Notes: generated by a model not told the origin, from the sequence alone. Shown: positions 26,773 to 36,572, counted from the first letter of the stretch. The stretch is DNA of 64,000 bases from Thermoproteota archaeon (GCA_030550155.1 JAUQPZ010000004.1:1298-65297), one strand, 5' to 3'. Numbers and translations: made by a program.

Positions 26773-27897
26773 TCAGCGCCTACTCCTCTTGAACTTTTCT
26801 ATCTCCTCTTCCCGGATCGCCACTCCTAGGCCCGGTTTGAGTGGCGGCTCGAAATATCCTTCGGAATGTTTGATGGCCTCTCCAGCTAAAGCCTCTCTGA
26901 GGGGGTTGGGCCTGAGGTGGTACTCGATGAGGGGTGAGTCGATTGTGAGGGCTGCGTGAAGGCTTGCGACAAACCCTATACCGCCTGCAGAGTAGTGTGG
27001 GATGAGTGGCAAACCGTAAGACCTTGCGAGCACTCCGATCCTGACCATCTCGGTTATCCCTCCATTCCAAGCGGCGTCGGCCTGAACAATATCCACTGCA
27101 TACCTCGAGATGAGCTCCCGGAACTCGTGTATCGTGAAGGCAGTCTCGTAGCCCGCAATCGGAACGTCAAGCTGCGCCGCGAGCCTGGCACTCAGCTCAG
27201 GGTAATCGGTTGACAGGGGCTCCTCGAAGAAAATTATTCCCAGCCTTTCGAGTCCCCTGCCAATTTTGAGGGCCTGGTTGAAGTCGTAGACGTTGTTGGC
27301 GTCTACAGCTATCTCAAGCTTTTCGCCGAACCTCTCCCTGAGAGCTGAGAGGCGCTTGAGGTCCTCCTCTATGCTCAGGCCTCCAACCTTGATCTTGACA
27401 GTCTTGAAGCCGCTTCTGACATATCCCTCAACCTCCTCAATCAGCCTCGGAATGTCCTTGTCCGGCCTGTAGTATCCGCCAGTTATGTAGCCCCTCATCC
27501 GCCTCCGGTTTCCGCCAAGCAGCCTGTAGATCGGCGCACCCAGCTCCTTACCTGCCAGGTCCCAGAGGGCGATGTCGACCCCGCTCATCGCGGAGACCAC
27601 TATCCCCCTCCTCCCAAGCCTGAACGTGGCCCTGTACATCTTGTCCCAGAGATACCAGATGTTTGAGGAGTCCTCGCCCCGAACTATACGGCTCAAGACG
27701 CTGTTGACGGTAACCATGACGCTCTCAGGAGAACCGTAGCCTATCGCCTCGCCAAACCCAACCATGCCGTCAGCGGTCTCGGCACGGACTAGGCAGACCT
27801 CCATGGGGTGCTCGGCACCACCAACAACCGCCAAGGCATCTCTCTCATAAAACTCGGTAAACTCTAAAACCTCGCAACCCACACCGGTGATCCTCAA
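26773..27897 (-). CDS. Enolase-superfamily enzyme, mandelate racemase/muconate-lactonizing (MR/MLE) family
   Basis: KIKVG general-base region and metal ligands in the VDANNVYDF ... FFEEPL context. 374 aa. Confidence 0.7.
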   Translation of the reverse strand: MRITGVGCEVLEFTEFYERDALAVVGGAEHPMEVCLVRAETADGMVGFGEAIGYGSPESVMVTVNSVLSRIVRGEDSSNIWYLWDKMYRATFRLGRRGIVVSAMSGVDIALWDLAGKELGAPIYRLLGGNRRRMRGYITGGYYRPDKDIPRLIEEVEGYVRSGFKTVKIKVGGLSIEEDLKRLSALRERFGEKLEIAVDANNVYDFNQALKIGRGLERLGIIFFEEPLSTDYPELSARLAAQLDVPIAGYETAFTIHEFRELISRYAVDIVQADAAWNGGITEMVRIGVLARSYGLPLIPHYSAGGIGFVASLHAALTIDSPLIEYHLRPNPLREALAGEAIKHSEGYFEPPLKPGLGVAIREEEIEKFKRSRR

Positions 27898-28011
27898 GTC
27901 CTAGAAGGGGGGCGTCGCTGCGGAAATAAAACCTTTCCACACATAAGCGGTAATCCGGAACCGGTGTGCGGGTAGGCTAGATTAAATCCGGGGCCCAGCC
28001 AACTCTAGGCC

Positions 28012-28482
28012 GTGAATTTAAGAGTTGTAGGATATGTGAGTGTGGATGCAGACGACGAATACGTGAAGGCGAACGCGGGAGCTGTTGCGGGGCGCATAGA
28101 GATCCTCTCAGAGTATGTGGAGGCCTTGGACGGCCTCCAAAACTACTCGCACATATTCATAATATCCATACTGCATAAAATCTCCCAGGATAGCAGGGGT
28201 CTCCTGAAGGTGAAGCCTAGGAGGCTCCTCAGGCTGGGGCTAAGAGAAGAGGAGGTTCCTACACTCGGCGTCTTCGCTACAGACTCACCGGCCAGGCCGA
28301 ACCCGATAGGCCTCACACTCGTAAAGCTGGTAAAGATACAGGGCAACATACTATACGTAGAAGGCCTAGACCTCTACAACGAAACACCAGTCATCGACAT
28401 AAAACCATACAGGCCAGAATACCGGGCGGAAGAATACACCTATCCCGACTGGGTCAAACACGACAAACCAGCAACACTATAG
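28012..28482 (+). CDS. TsaA/YaeB (TrmO-like) tRNA methyltransferase family protein
   Basis: TsaA-like beta-barrel motifs with a C-terminal VIDIKPY signature. 156 aa. Confidence 0.65.
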   Translation: MNLRVVGYVSVDADDEYVKANAGAVAGRIEILSEYVEALDGLQNYSHIFIISILHKISQDSRGLLKVKPRRLLRLGLREEEVPTLGVFATDSPARPNPIGLTLVKLVKIQGNILYVEGLDLYNETPVIDIKPYRPEYRAEEYTYPDWVKHDKPATL

Positions 28483-28549
28483 CCTCCGTAAAGAGCAGAC
28501 TCAATTTAAAATATCTCCACACCCATCATCTCTACGCGACCAGCTGGGA

Positions 28550-28624
28550 GCTCCGGTAGTATAGTCCGGTCAAGTATGCGGGCCTCTCGAGCCCGAGACC
28601 CGGGTTCAAATCCCGGCCGGAGCA
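28550..28624 (+). tRNA. tRNA-Glu (anticodon CTC)
   Basis: Acceptor GCTCCGG/CCGGAGC, anticodon stem CGGGC/GCCCG with loop CTCTCGA, T-arm CCGGG-TTCAAAT-CCCGG, discriminator A. 75 nt. Confidence 0.85.
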
Positions 28625-28778
28625 CACGCATTTTTCACAAAGCCTTGACAGGGCTTACCTGATACAATATGTTTGAAGAGCCTCACTCGATATATGGTCT
28701 ATGCAAGTAAATAGCTATTTATGCCTTTTTCAATTATATTTTATTAAGTTTTTTATACAGCAATGATGATTTCCTCTA

Positions 28779-30224
28779 TTGAAGGTTCTCATGGAGAAGA
28801 CTTTGCGTCTTGGCCTAAATTTGCCGATGTTTGTTGCGGCGACAATCGCTATTGCGACGGGGACTCTGGTCGGGATGCTGGGGATATGGACAGCCGCGGC
28901 ATGGGGGCGGCCAGTGCCTGAGTGGGAGAAGGTCGGCCACGCCCACACCTCATGGTGGTCAGTCCTCATACTGATAGCCGCGATGGTGCTGCCCAGCCTA
29001 CAGCTAAAATCGTGGGCCAAGAAGCTGATAATTGCCGGCACCTTTATAGGCCCAACGGTCTGGATAGGTGTTCTGGCGACGTACTATGAGATAGGCGGAC
29101 CCGCTATCTGGAGGTTAGAATATCCCGCACTTCCAGGAACATATTATGAACTTCCACTGATTGGCGTCATTGCCGCGGTGCTTGAGCTGTTAGGGTTTGT
29201 GGCTTTAGGGATCGTCGGCCTCTCGGCTTCGGGAATAAACCTTCCAGTAATATCCGCGAAGGAGCCATCGAAGTCCAAGTATGACTTCCTCTCAGACATC
29301 GAGGTTCCTCGGAGGATATTCCTGATTCCAACTCTTGTAATAGCCTTCTCCGTCATAGTTGGAATAGCGATAAACGCTGTATTCAAGGTGTTCCATCAAC
29401 CCATATCACCCGCGGCCCTTGTTCAGCTACACGACCACACGGCTCTCTTAGCCTCGAGCAGCATGTTAATTCTCATCATGATGAGTGCTCTACGTGTGAG
29501 AGCCAGCATACAGAACCTTGGATACAGGTTGATGCAAATAGCTCTACCACTAACGGTTGTCGGCTTACTGGCCTTTAATCTGGCTGGGCTGCCGAGCATA
29601 GTTTGGGTTATTCCAGCTGGCATCTATTACCTCTTAATCCTTCTAGCAATTCCCGCGGCGATGGGTATCTACTCGCAGAGCGGGGTAGAAAGTCAAGCTA
29701 ATGAAGGAAAACCCTCCACAGCGTTTAGGATAGCCTTAACCGTCTGCTTCGCCGGTCTGGCCATTCTGATCGGCGTCGGGGCCTTCATCGCGTTGACGTG
29801 GAATACTTCTCCAGACGTCACCGTGACTTACAAGCAGCCTGAAGGTGCTCCGTATCCGGGGCCCTATCCAGAAGTATACTTAGGCACGGCGCCGGTGAAA
29901 GGGACACCGCGGGGGCTTGAAAATGCGCATCTAAGCCCGGGTAGCTGGTATCACGTCGGGATATCTTGGCTTCTCATATTATCCGTCTTCGGCGCCTCGA
30001 TTTATGGAACTAAGAGGATCGGGTTACTCTACCTCTACGCTGTGACGATACCTTTGGCTCCGACCTTCAACATGTTGGGGAGATTCCTCGCATGGCTCGG
30101 CATCCCCAATGGTATAGGGGCCTTATGGTTCGCGGGCCACCCGCTCAAGGGGTTCAACCTGATAAGCCTCTTCATCGCGGCTTTAATTGTCACATACTTG
30201 ATCTCGAGGAGAAAAACAACATAA
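28779..30224 (+). CDS. Polytopic integral membrane protein, unknown function
   Basis: 481 aa with more than 10 hydrophobic helices. No recognisable catalytic motif. The start may be the ATG at 28791. Confidence 0.5.
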   Translation: MKVLMEKTLRLGLNLPMFVAATIAIATGTLVGMLGIWTAAAWGRPVPEWEKVGHAHTSWWSVLILIAAMVLPSLQLKSWAKKLIIAGTFIGPTVWIGVLATYYEIGGPAIWRLEYPALPGTYYELPLIGVIAAVLELLGFVALGIVGLSASGINLPVISAKEPSKSKYDFLSDIEVPRRIFLIPTLVIAFSVIVGIAINAVFKVFHQPISPAALVQLHDHTALLASSSMLILIMMSALRVRASIQNLGYRLMQIALPLTVVGLLAFNLAGLPSIVWVIPAGIYYLLILLAIPAAMGIYSQSGVESQANEGKPSTAFRIALTVCFAGLAILIGVGAFIALTWNTSPDVTVTYKQPEGAPYPGPYPEVYLGTAPVKGTPRGLENAHLSPGSWYHVGISWLLILSVFGASIYGTKRIGLLYLYAVTIPLAPTFNMLGRFLAWLGIPNGIGALWFAGHPLKGFNLISLFIAALIVTYLISRRKTT

Positions 30225-30349
30225 CGATTAATCCAAAAAAGGGGACTTATTTCGGACACGTTCGGGTGGTTAAAGGGTGGTTTATGAGCAGGCTTCAAGA
30301 CGGTCCCCCTGAATGTTAAGTACTCCCAGATTCATTAGACCCGAGAGGG

Positions 30350-30670
30350 TTGCCCTTCACAGCCAGAAGGCTGAGACCCATGACAAATACTGGAACGCAG
30401 CTCAGAGGGAGCCCTTATTATATGAGAATGTATTGGTGCAAGAGGTTAATAGAGTGGACCGAACATCCCAGCACCGCCTTTGAATACGCCTGCTACCTGA
30501 ACGATAAATATGCTCTCGACGGCGTGGGCTGGTGCTTCGGTGCCTTCGACCACCCATTTTTCGGGACGAAAATCTACGGCAAGGTCAAGAAGATGACCGA
30601 GCAAAGCCTGAAGAGGAAGCCCGGCATAGAGAGCTATCTCCGCCGGTTCTCTCGAGAAGAGTCGGCGTGA
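30350..30670 (+). CDS. Hypothetical protein, 106 aa
   Basis: ORF with plausible codon usage. No recognisable family. Confidence 0.3.
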   Translation: MPFTARRLRPMTNTGTQLRGSPYYMRMYWCKRLIEWTEHPSTAFEYACYLNDKYALDGVGWCFGAFDHPFFGTKIYGKVKKMTEQSLKRKPGIESYLRRFSREESA

Positions 30671-30690
30671 CTCTAGGCTTCGATGTCCTT

Positions 30691-31986
30691 TCAGGACTTA
30701 AACCCTATGAAGAGCACGTCGCTGTTGAACCCCGGCATCTCCAGCACGGTGCAGTCCCCCTCGAGCCTCGCCGCAGGTTTAAAGACTCTCCTCGACTCCA
30801 GCTCAACCCCCTCCCATCTACACGACACCCCATCCATCCTCAGCCTAACATCACAGCCGAACGGCACGTACACGACAATCTTATCCCTCCCCTCGGAGAC
30901 CCTTATCTCTGGCGTCTGGTTCAGAAGCTTCTCATTCGCCGGCTCTATATCGAACAGGTCGTATCTCTCGAAGACCCACTTGGCGAAGGATGCATCGAAG
31001 GCGCCGGGGAACCTCAACGCGGCGCGCCAGTCATACGGCGTCCCGGAGAATCTCTCACCCCAGAAAACCCTCCCCCTCTCATGCCAAGACCATACACCGT
31101 GAGCGCCGTACGCTGTGCCGGCCTTGGCCCCTGAAAGCAGGCTCTGCCATATCGCCTTCCTAACATCGAACCTTCCAAACCTGCCATATCTTCCACCATG
31201 CGAGTGCCCCTCGTAGCAGGGCTCGCCGTTCACTATCGGCCTCTTGACGGGCATCTTGTAGAACTTCTCCGCGAGCTCGTAGGATAGACTCTGATGCTCC
31301 CCAGCATGTCCCGACTGATACATGTAGAAGTCGAGGTTGGGCGATTTCACGAATACATCGGGAACCTCCCATAACCCACCCATAAGGTGCATGGTTGTCA
31401 GAGAGCTCGGGCACATCCTCTTGATGATGTCCAGCGCGGTTTTGTAGTATGTTATCGAGCTCTCCTCCTCGAAGTTCGTGTCTCCGCTCACTATGAATAT
31501 CGGCTCATATTTCCCGAATCTCTCGGCGACATAGGATACATACTCCTCGAGATACTCCAGCGGAATTATCCGCTTCGGGCTTATCTTTGAGCCCCACGTG
31601 CCCTTAACGTAGTTGCACCACAAAACCACAAGGGCCGGCGTGAAGCCTCTCTCCACCATCATCTCCACGATCCTCTCCGCTCTGTCGAAATACTCCTCGT
31701 TTCTTCTGTGGAAGTTCCATCCGCCGTCCGGGGAGGCCTCAAATGGCTCGACATAATTTGCCGACTCACTTCTATCATGCTGAGGAAAGATGTTTATCTG
31801 AAGAGCATTGAAGCCCTGCATCCTCCTGTAATCAAGGTAATACCTACACTCGCTGAGGGTTGGGTTGGTAAAGCCGCTCCACCATGTATCCGCGAGGTAG
31901 AAGAATCTCTCACCATCCATCAGAAAATAATCCCGCGTATCAGAGACTGAAATCCTACCCATCTCCCCCGTCCCCCCTCGCCGCAT
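30691..31986 (-). CDS. DUF4038/GH140-like glycoside-hydrolase-family protein
   Basis: N-terminal FLMDGERFFYLADTWWSGF matches the DUF4038 signature (F.DGKPFFWLGDTAW). The (beta/alpha)8-like GH clan-A layout follows. 431 aa. Confidence 0.5.
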   Translation of the reverse strand: MRRGGTGEMGRISVSDTRDYFLMDGERFFYLADTWWSGFTNPTLSECRYYLDYRRMQGFNALQINIFPQHDRSESANYVEPFEASPDGGWNFHRRNEEYFDRAERIVEMMVERGFTPALVVLWCNYVKGTWGSKISPKRIIPLEYLEEYVSYVAERFGKYEPIFIVSGDTNFEEESSITYYKTALDIIKRMCPSSLTTMHLMGGLWEVPDVFVKSPNLDFYMYQSGHAGEHQSLSYELAEKFYKMPVKRPIVNGEPCYEGHSHGGRYGRFGRFDVRKAIWQSLLSGAKAGTAYGAHGVWSWHERGRVFWGERFSGTPYDWRAALRFPGAFDASFAKWVFERYDLFDIEPANEKLLNQTPEIRVSEGRDKIVVYVPFGCDVRLRMDGVSCRWEGVELESRRVFKPAARLEGDCTVLEMPGFNSDVLFIGFKS

Positions 31987-32179
31987 CGAGTCGTGAGACG
32001 GGTTATTAGTTTTCCAAGAGGCTTGTGTGGAGCTCCGATAGGCGTCAAGTACGGGTTCTCGCGTCCTTAATCGTCGGGAGGCCAGTTTTTATGCCTTGGC
32101 GCCATTTGCTTGACGGAAATGGGCGCTCACCGTGGTCTATTGGGAAATATTTAATTAGCGGTGTCTCGCGGTCGGGGGT

Positions 32180-33064
32180 ATGTGTAGGATGGTTTCGTTG
32201 AGCTTTCGCGGCGAGGCTTCAGAACAGGCCAGGGAGGTTCTCTGGCTTCTAGCTGAGGCCTCCAGGGATGACCCATACCTTCGGGAGATTGCAGGTGATG
32301 GGAGGCATTGCCATGGATATGGCTATGTAGCGGCTCTAAGGAGAGGCGGTCTTTGGAGGGTTATCTATGAGAGGTTTGACGCCGAGCCATTCCTGAGTGG
32401 TGAAGAGGCCTGTGAGGCTAACCTCGAGGCCCTGGGCGACTCGGTTGAGCGGCTCACAAGAGTTATTGAGGCCGGAGTTGAGGAGGCGGCCATCATACTA
32501 CACGCTAGGAGGACGCGGGGGGAGCCTAGGGGAGGGGTTGCAGCCCACCCCTTCAGAGAGGAGCTCTTAATAACTACGGATAGCGGCCCCGAACTGGCCG
32601 AGCTCTACCTCTCACACAACGGCGGGGTCCTGAAGGAACGGCTGGCGGCGGAGCTGGGTCTCAGCGACTACAAGCTCTACACAGACTCGCACATATACTT
32701 GAAATATCTGGTGAGGCGTCTCGAGGGAGTTGGATATGAAGAGGCGCCGAGGGCCATGGCCCGAGTCTTCTCAGAGTCCAAGCCCTTCGTCAAATCCGCT
32801 CTAGACCTCTGCATACTTCTAAACTCTCCTACTAGAGGACCTACGCTGGCCGCCGCGTCATATGTGGCTGAGAAGAAGGATATGGTGCGTTGGCGATACT
32901 ATGAACCCGTACTCATAGAGTCGAGAGGCATCACTGGATATGTTTCGAGCACCATAAGAGACTTGATGAAGAGTCGACGCTCCGAGATGAGGTTCATCGA
33001 TGGTAGAGACGGCTTCGTCGCCGTCCTGAACCCCCACATGTTGCAGATAATAGACCTGCAGTAG
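32180..33064 (+). CDS. Class-II (Ntn-type) glutamine-amidotransferase-like protein (YafJ/EgtC-like)
   Basis: The protein starts MC (Cys2 nucleophile after Met removal). 294 aa. Gln-amidotransferase-II-like beta-sandwich signature. Confidence 0.45.
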   Translation: MCRMVSLSFRGEASEQAREVLWLLAEASRDDPYLREIAGDGRHCHGYGYVAALRRGGLWRVIYERFDAEPFLSGEEACEANLEALGDSVERLTRVIEAGVEEAAIILHARRTRGEPRGGVAAHPFREELLITTDSGPELAELYLSHNGGVLKERLAAELGLSDYKLYTDSHIYLKYLVRRLEGVGYEEAPRAMARVFSESKPFVKSALDLCILLNSPTRGPTLAAASYVAEKKDMVRWRYYEPVLIESRGITGYVSSTIRDLMKSRRSEMRFIDGRDGFVAVLNPHMLQIIDLQ

Positions 33065-33132
33065 GCATCTTAGGGCTTTGTGAGGAATCCTTAGGTAGGG
33101 CCATTATGTTGGCTTAGTAAAGGAGGGTAGCG

Positions 33133-34260
33133 TTGTCGAGTGGTCTTCGCGTGGTCTTAGTTTTGGGGATTGTAAGCCTTTTCGGGGATTTTGTCTACGA
33201 GGGTGGGAGGTCGGTTCTACCTGATTATATGCGGCAGCTGGGGATGAGCGCCCTCTTGGTTGGGAGTGTTTTGGGTTTCGCGGAGCTAGCGGGCTGGCTG
33301 GCGAGACCGCTGGGCGGGCTGATGGCAGATAAGACGGGGAGGTTCAGCGCTATAATCAGGGCGGGGTATGCGGGGCTGGTCGTTGTGCCTTTGATGGCCT
33401 TCGCTCGTGACTGGCTTGTACTCGCGCTCCTAGTCTTGGCTGAGCGCGTGCTTCGAGGGTTGAGGGCGCCTGCGAGGGATGCGATGCTGGCTAGAATGAG
33501 AGGGAGTGTGGGTCTTGGAACGGCCTTCGGGCTCCACGAGTTCCTCGACCAGTTTGGCGCCACTGCGGGGCCCCTGCTCGCAGCAGTAGTCCTGGCCCTC
33601 TATCGGAATACGGGGCTCGCCCTCCTATCCCTTCTAATCCCTTATCTCCTCTTGCTGATCGTCCTCCTAAGGGTCCCAGAATATTCTGAGCCACCCGCGA
33701 GGCTGTCCCACGCTAGGCCGACCAGACAAGTATACCTCTTCTCACTCGTCGTGGGGCTTAACGCCGCAGGCCTCCTCCCCCTGCCAATAATCCTATACTT
33801 GGTCTCGCAGGCCGCTGGGGCCGGGTCTTGGCTTGTCCCAGCCGCATACACCGTGGCGATGATAGTGGACGCCGCCGTTGCCCCAGCCCTGGGAAGGGCC
33901 TTCGACAGACTTGGGCCGATCGTCCTGGCATTTTCAATCGCCCTGTCGGCTGTTCCCTGCCTCCTCGTAGGTGAGAATGTGAGTCTCCTGATGATTTCCG
34001 CGGGGGTCCTCGGAGTCGTGATAAGCTCGCAGGAATCGATCTACAGGGCGATGGTGGCTCACCTAGCGAAGAGCAGCGGCTTAGGCAGTTCATACGCACT
34101 CTACGGCCTCTCATTGGGTGGAGGGGGCGCGGCCGCCGGCTTGGTATTCGGGTTTATGGTGGACCTCGGCCTAGGAATCCCACTCCTCCTCTCATACTCG
34201 GCGGCGGCACAGGCCCTAGCACTCGCGATCTTCTTCAAGGCGATAAGAAAGAGCGGTTAA
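33133..34260 (+). CDS. Major-facilitator-superfamily (MFS) transporter
   Basis: 12-TM topology with the MFS loop 2-3 motif GGLMADKTGR. 375 aa. Confidence 0.7.
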   Translation: MSSGLRVVLVLGIVSLFGDFVYEGGRSVLPDYMRQLGMSALLVGSVLGFAELAGWLARPLGGLMADKTGRFSAIIRAGYAGLVVVPLMAFARDWLVLALLVLAERVLRGLRAPARDAMLARMRGSVGLGTAFGLHEFLDQFGATAGPLLAAVVLALYRNTGLALLSLLIPYLLLLIVLLRVPEYSEPPARLSHARPTRQVYLFSLVVGLNAAGLLPLPIILYLVSQAAGAGSWLVPAAYTVAMIVDAAVAPALGRAFDRLGPIVLAFSIALSAVPCLLVGENVSLLMISAGVLGVVISSQESIYRAMVAHLAKSSGLGSSYALYGLSLGGGGAAAGLVFGFMVDLGLGIPLLLSYSAAAQALALAIFFKAIRKSG

Positions 34261-34320
34261 AGCTGAAACCAGCGATCTCCGCTCAAGATTTATTGGCTAC
34301 TCCGCGGAGTGGTTTAAGGA

Positions 34321-34866
34321 GTGCAGGTCTTCCGCCCATACGTGGACTGGGCCAAGTCAGCGGCGGTCCTCGACAATAGGAGGCTTGGAAAGCAGAGGGT
34401 GGAATGTAAGCAAGTTTTGAACACGATACTCCGAAAACTGGGGTTGATTAGCGACGGGCGCAGGGGCTGGCTCAACCACCCCGTCGTTCTAATGTATTAC
34501 AACGGTGGGAAACCCTATATTAGAGACTTGGTCGGCTTCTTCAACGCATGCGTGGAGGAGTGGGTAGGGAGGGGGTTCAAAAGCTCAATCAGCCTCACCG
34601 ACATCGAGCACCACCTCTCGCCCCTCAACTCCGCAGAGGGCACACCAATCAGGCGGCTCCATGAGATAGAATACCGTAGAATACTATTAGTCAAGGACCC
34701 AGCACACTATGTCAAAGCGTTTACACCGGAGGAGATAATCGAGGTTCTGGAGACGGAGCCGACACCTATAAACGGTATCAACTCTTGGATTTGGAAGAAC
34801 ATGAAGAATTACAGGAGGCTCGTCAGGCGCGTTAAGCTATTCCTGAAGAGAGAGGGCCTATATTAG
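34321..34866 (+). CDS. Hypothetical protein, possibly Pyr_excise (T4 endonuclease V-like pyrimidine-dimer glycosylase) family
   Basis: N-terminal LDNRRLGKQRVECKQVL resembles LADQHL.AE.REL. HPVVLMYYNGGKPYI resembles GHV.FFYDKG.YL. EEWVGRGFK resembles ELLRRGY. This similarity is from memory only. Confidence 0.3.
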   Translation: MQVFRPYVDWAKSAAVLDNRRLGKQRVECKQVLNTILRKLGLISDGRRGWLNHPVVLMYYNGGKPYIRDLVGFFNACVEEWVGRGFKSSISLTDIEHHLSPLNSAEGTPIRRLHEIEYRRILLVKDPAHYVKAFTPEEIIEVLETEPTPINGINSWIWKNMKNYRRLVRRVKLFLKREGLY

Positions 34867-35366
34867 AGTAGGCTGACCAAAAAGGCCACCACTACGCCGT
34901 AAACTATGTGGAGTATAATGCTCAAGGCTACGGGCCTCCACCCCAAAGGATGTCTCGTCAGCGAGATGCCTGTTATCGGCTTATGTATCGGCGCGAGTGT
35001 CAGAGCCCAGAGTATTAGACCGAACGCAGTCCCGAGTGTTAAGGGGTCGAGCAGATATAGCTGTGGTAGCATAGTTACTATCAGGGCGTAAGCCGCGGCA
35101 GCCACTCCTCCGTTAGCGAAGTGGAGAACAAAACTCAAGGCCAAGACATCCTCAGGGCTGCGCCCCGTCGCTCTGGACATAATCATCTGATTCTCATGCC
35201 ACTCAAGGATCCCTATAGTCGACCACCGCCTCCAGAAGAAGAGCTGAGGGAGACTCATTACCGCCGTCGCGACGACCCCCGTCAACAATCCATAAACCAA
35301 GACCTCGAGCACTTCAAAGAATATCCGCAGATAAGAGCACGAATTAAGCCTAACCTCAGCTCCCAT
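34863..35366 (-). CDS. Small integral membrane protein (4-5 TM)
   Basis: 167 aa, hydrophobic throughout. Confidence 0.4.
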   Translation of the reverse strand: MGAEVRLNSCSYLRIFFEVLEVLVYGLLTGVVATAVMSLPQLFFWRRWSTIGILEWHENQMIMSRATGRSPEDVLALSFVLHFANGGVAAAAYALIVTMLPQLYLLDPLTLGTAFGLILWALTLAPIHKPITGISLTRHPLGWRPVALSIILHIVYGVVVAFLVSLL

Positions 35367-35402
35367 ACTCAGTGAAAACTTTCACCAACCCCATAAATGG
35401 CC

Positions 35403-35475
35403 TGGGGCCGGCCGGATTCGAACCGGCGGCCTCCGCCGTGTAAGGGCGGCGTCATGGCCGCTAGACCACGGCCCC
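35403..35475 (-). tRNA. tRNA-Val (anticodon TAC)
   Basis: Acceptor GGGGCCG/CGGCCCC, anticodon stem CCGCC/GGCGG with loop CTTACAC, T-arm GCCGG-TTCGAAT-CCGGC, discriminator A. 73 nt. Confidence 0.85.
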
Positions 35476-35502
35476 TGCCCATGCCATTGCTCTCTTAGCG
35501 AT

Positions 35503-36069
35503 TTAATTAATCTCTTCTCGCGGGCTTTCCTTTTTTCTCAGCTTTCCGAGCCTGCTTGGCTTTATTGTGATCTTTGCGTCTGGGTAGTTTATGTTTAGTT
35601 CCTTCCCTTGGTGTATTCGGTCTAGGGCTATTGCGAGTGCGGCTATCTCACTGTGCGGCTGGTGGGTGACTGCGACATTTATGTCTGCCTCCTCGTAAAC
35701 CTCAATGGGCACCTTGCTGGAGCCTACTATCAATACGAGCCCCCTCTCCTCGTGGGCCCTTCTAAGCTCCTCCTCCACCTCCTGGATGCCGATGCCGTAC
35801 ATTGTGAGGTGGACTATGTATTCGCCTCTCGTTTTTCTCTCGGCTATGAAGGTTCTCCAGCTCGGCGTATAGCTAACCTTGAAGTTGCCGCCCCACCTCT
35901 CGACCACCTTCGAGACGCTTTCTAAGAGGCCCGGGTCATACTCGCCTGAGAAGACAACCTCGTCGGCTCCTAATGCTCTTGCTGTGAGGGCGACGTGGCT
36001 TGATACTCTCTGGTCTCTCTTGACTCTATGTCCCAGCCTTAGGACAGCTATCTTACCCAACCCTGTCAC
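35503..36069 (-). CDS. trm56: tRNA (cytidine56-2'-O)-methyltransferase aTrm56 (SPOUT)
   Basis: IAVLRLGHRVKRDQRVSSHVALTARALGADEVV matches the aTrm56 N-terminal motif. The start is trimmed to the GTG at 36069, which overlaps the TFE TGA stop (GTGA). The longer ORF (to 36165) adds an Arg/Lys-rich artefact that overlaps TFE. Confidence 0.7.
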   Translation of the reverse strand: MTGLGKIAVLRLGHRVKRDQRVSSHVALTARALGADEVVFSGEYDPGLLESVSKVVERWGGNFKVSYTPSWRTFIAERKTRGEYIVHLTMYGIGIQEVEEELRRAHEERGLVLIVGSSKVPIEVYEEADINVAVTHQPHSEIAALAIALDRIHQGKELNINYPDAKITIKPSRLGKLRKKESPREEIN

Positions 36070-36572
36070 TCTAGCAGCTTGTTTATATCGGCGAGTTTTT
36101 CGTCGACGACGCTGATGAGCTCGGAGGCGTCGTATACCATGAGTTTTCCTCCGCAGCTTGGACATTTAAAGAACTTGTCCAGGGCCTCGTCGAAGGTGTA
36201 TTTTCTGCATCCTTGCTGTCCACACCAGTAGAGCTGGTTTGCCTCATAGTGCTTTTTCAGCATCTGGAGCCGCTCAGCTATTCTCTTAAGCTGCGTCTTG
36301 ACAACCCCCTGCACCTGCTCCGGCTGGAGTCTCCAGCGGAAAACCCTCTTGTTCAACTCCTTGTCTATAACTATATCGTAGGCGACCAGTGAGAACTCGC
36401 TGAGCTGGTGAAGCAGCTTCCTAACCCTCTTCACATCCATCTGGAGCTCCGACGCTATCTCGTCCTCCCTCATCCCGGGCCTTGCTAGGAGGAGCCTAGC
36501 CAGCCCCTCAGCCTCTTCTCCCCCCACGAGCCTGAAGACGGATATCAGGCCCTCCTCGTCGACATAAAACAT
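36066..36572 (-). CDS. tfe: Transcription factor E alpha subunit (TFE/TFIIE-alpha homologue)
   Basis: N-terminal winged helix and a C-terminal zinc ribbon (CGQQGC...CPSCGGK). 168 aa. Confidence 0.75.
   Translation of the reverse strand: MFYVDEEGLISVFRLVGGEEAEGLARLLLARPGMREDEIASELQMDVKRVRKLLHQLSEFSLVAYDIVIDKELNKRVFRWRLQPEQVQGVVKTQLKRIAERLQMLKKHYEANQLYWCGQQGCRKYTFDEALDKFFKCPSCGGKLMVYDASELISVVDEKLADINKLLE

Noticed and set aside
28740-28790. Possible box C/D sRNA (aatgatga ... ) just upstream of the 28779 membrane-protein gene
   Set aside because: A C-box-like TGATGA is present, but there is no properly spaced CUGA D box or terminal stem. It is more likely the 5' UTR or RBS region.
36070-36165. 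Arg/Lys-rich 32-residue N-terminal extension of aTrm56
   Set aside because: It overlaps the 3' end of the tfe gene in another frame. aTrm56 homology begins at the GTG that overlaps the tfe stop.
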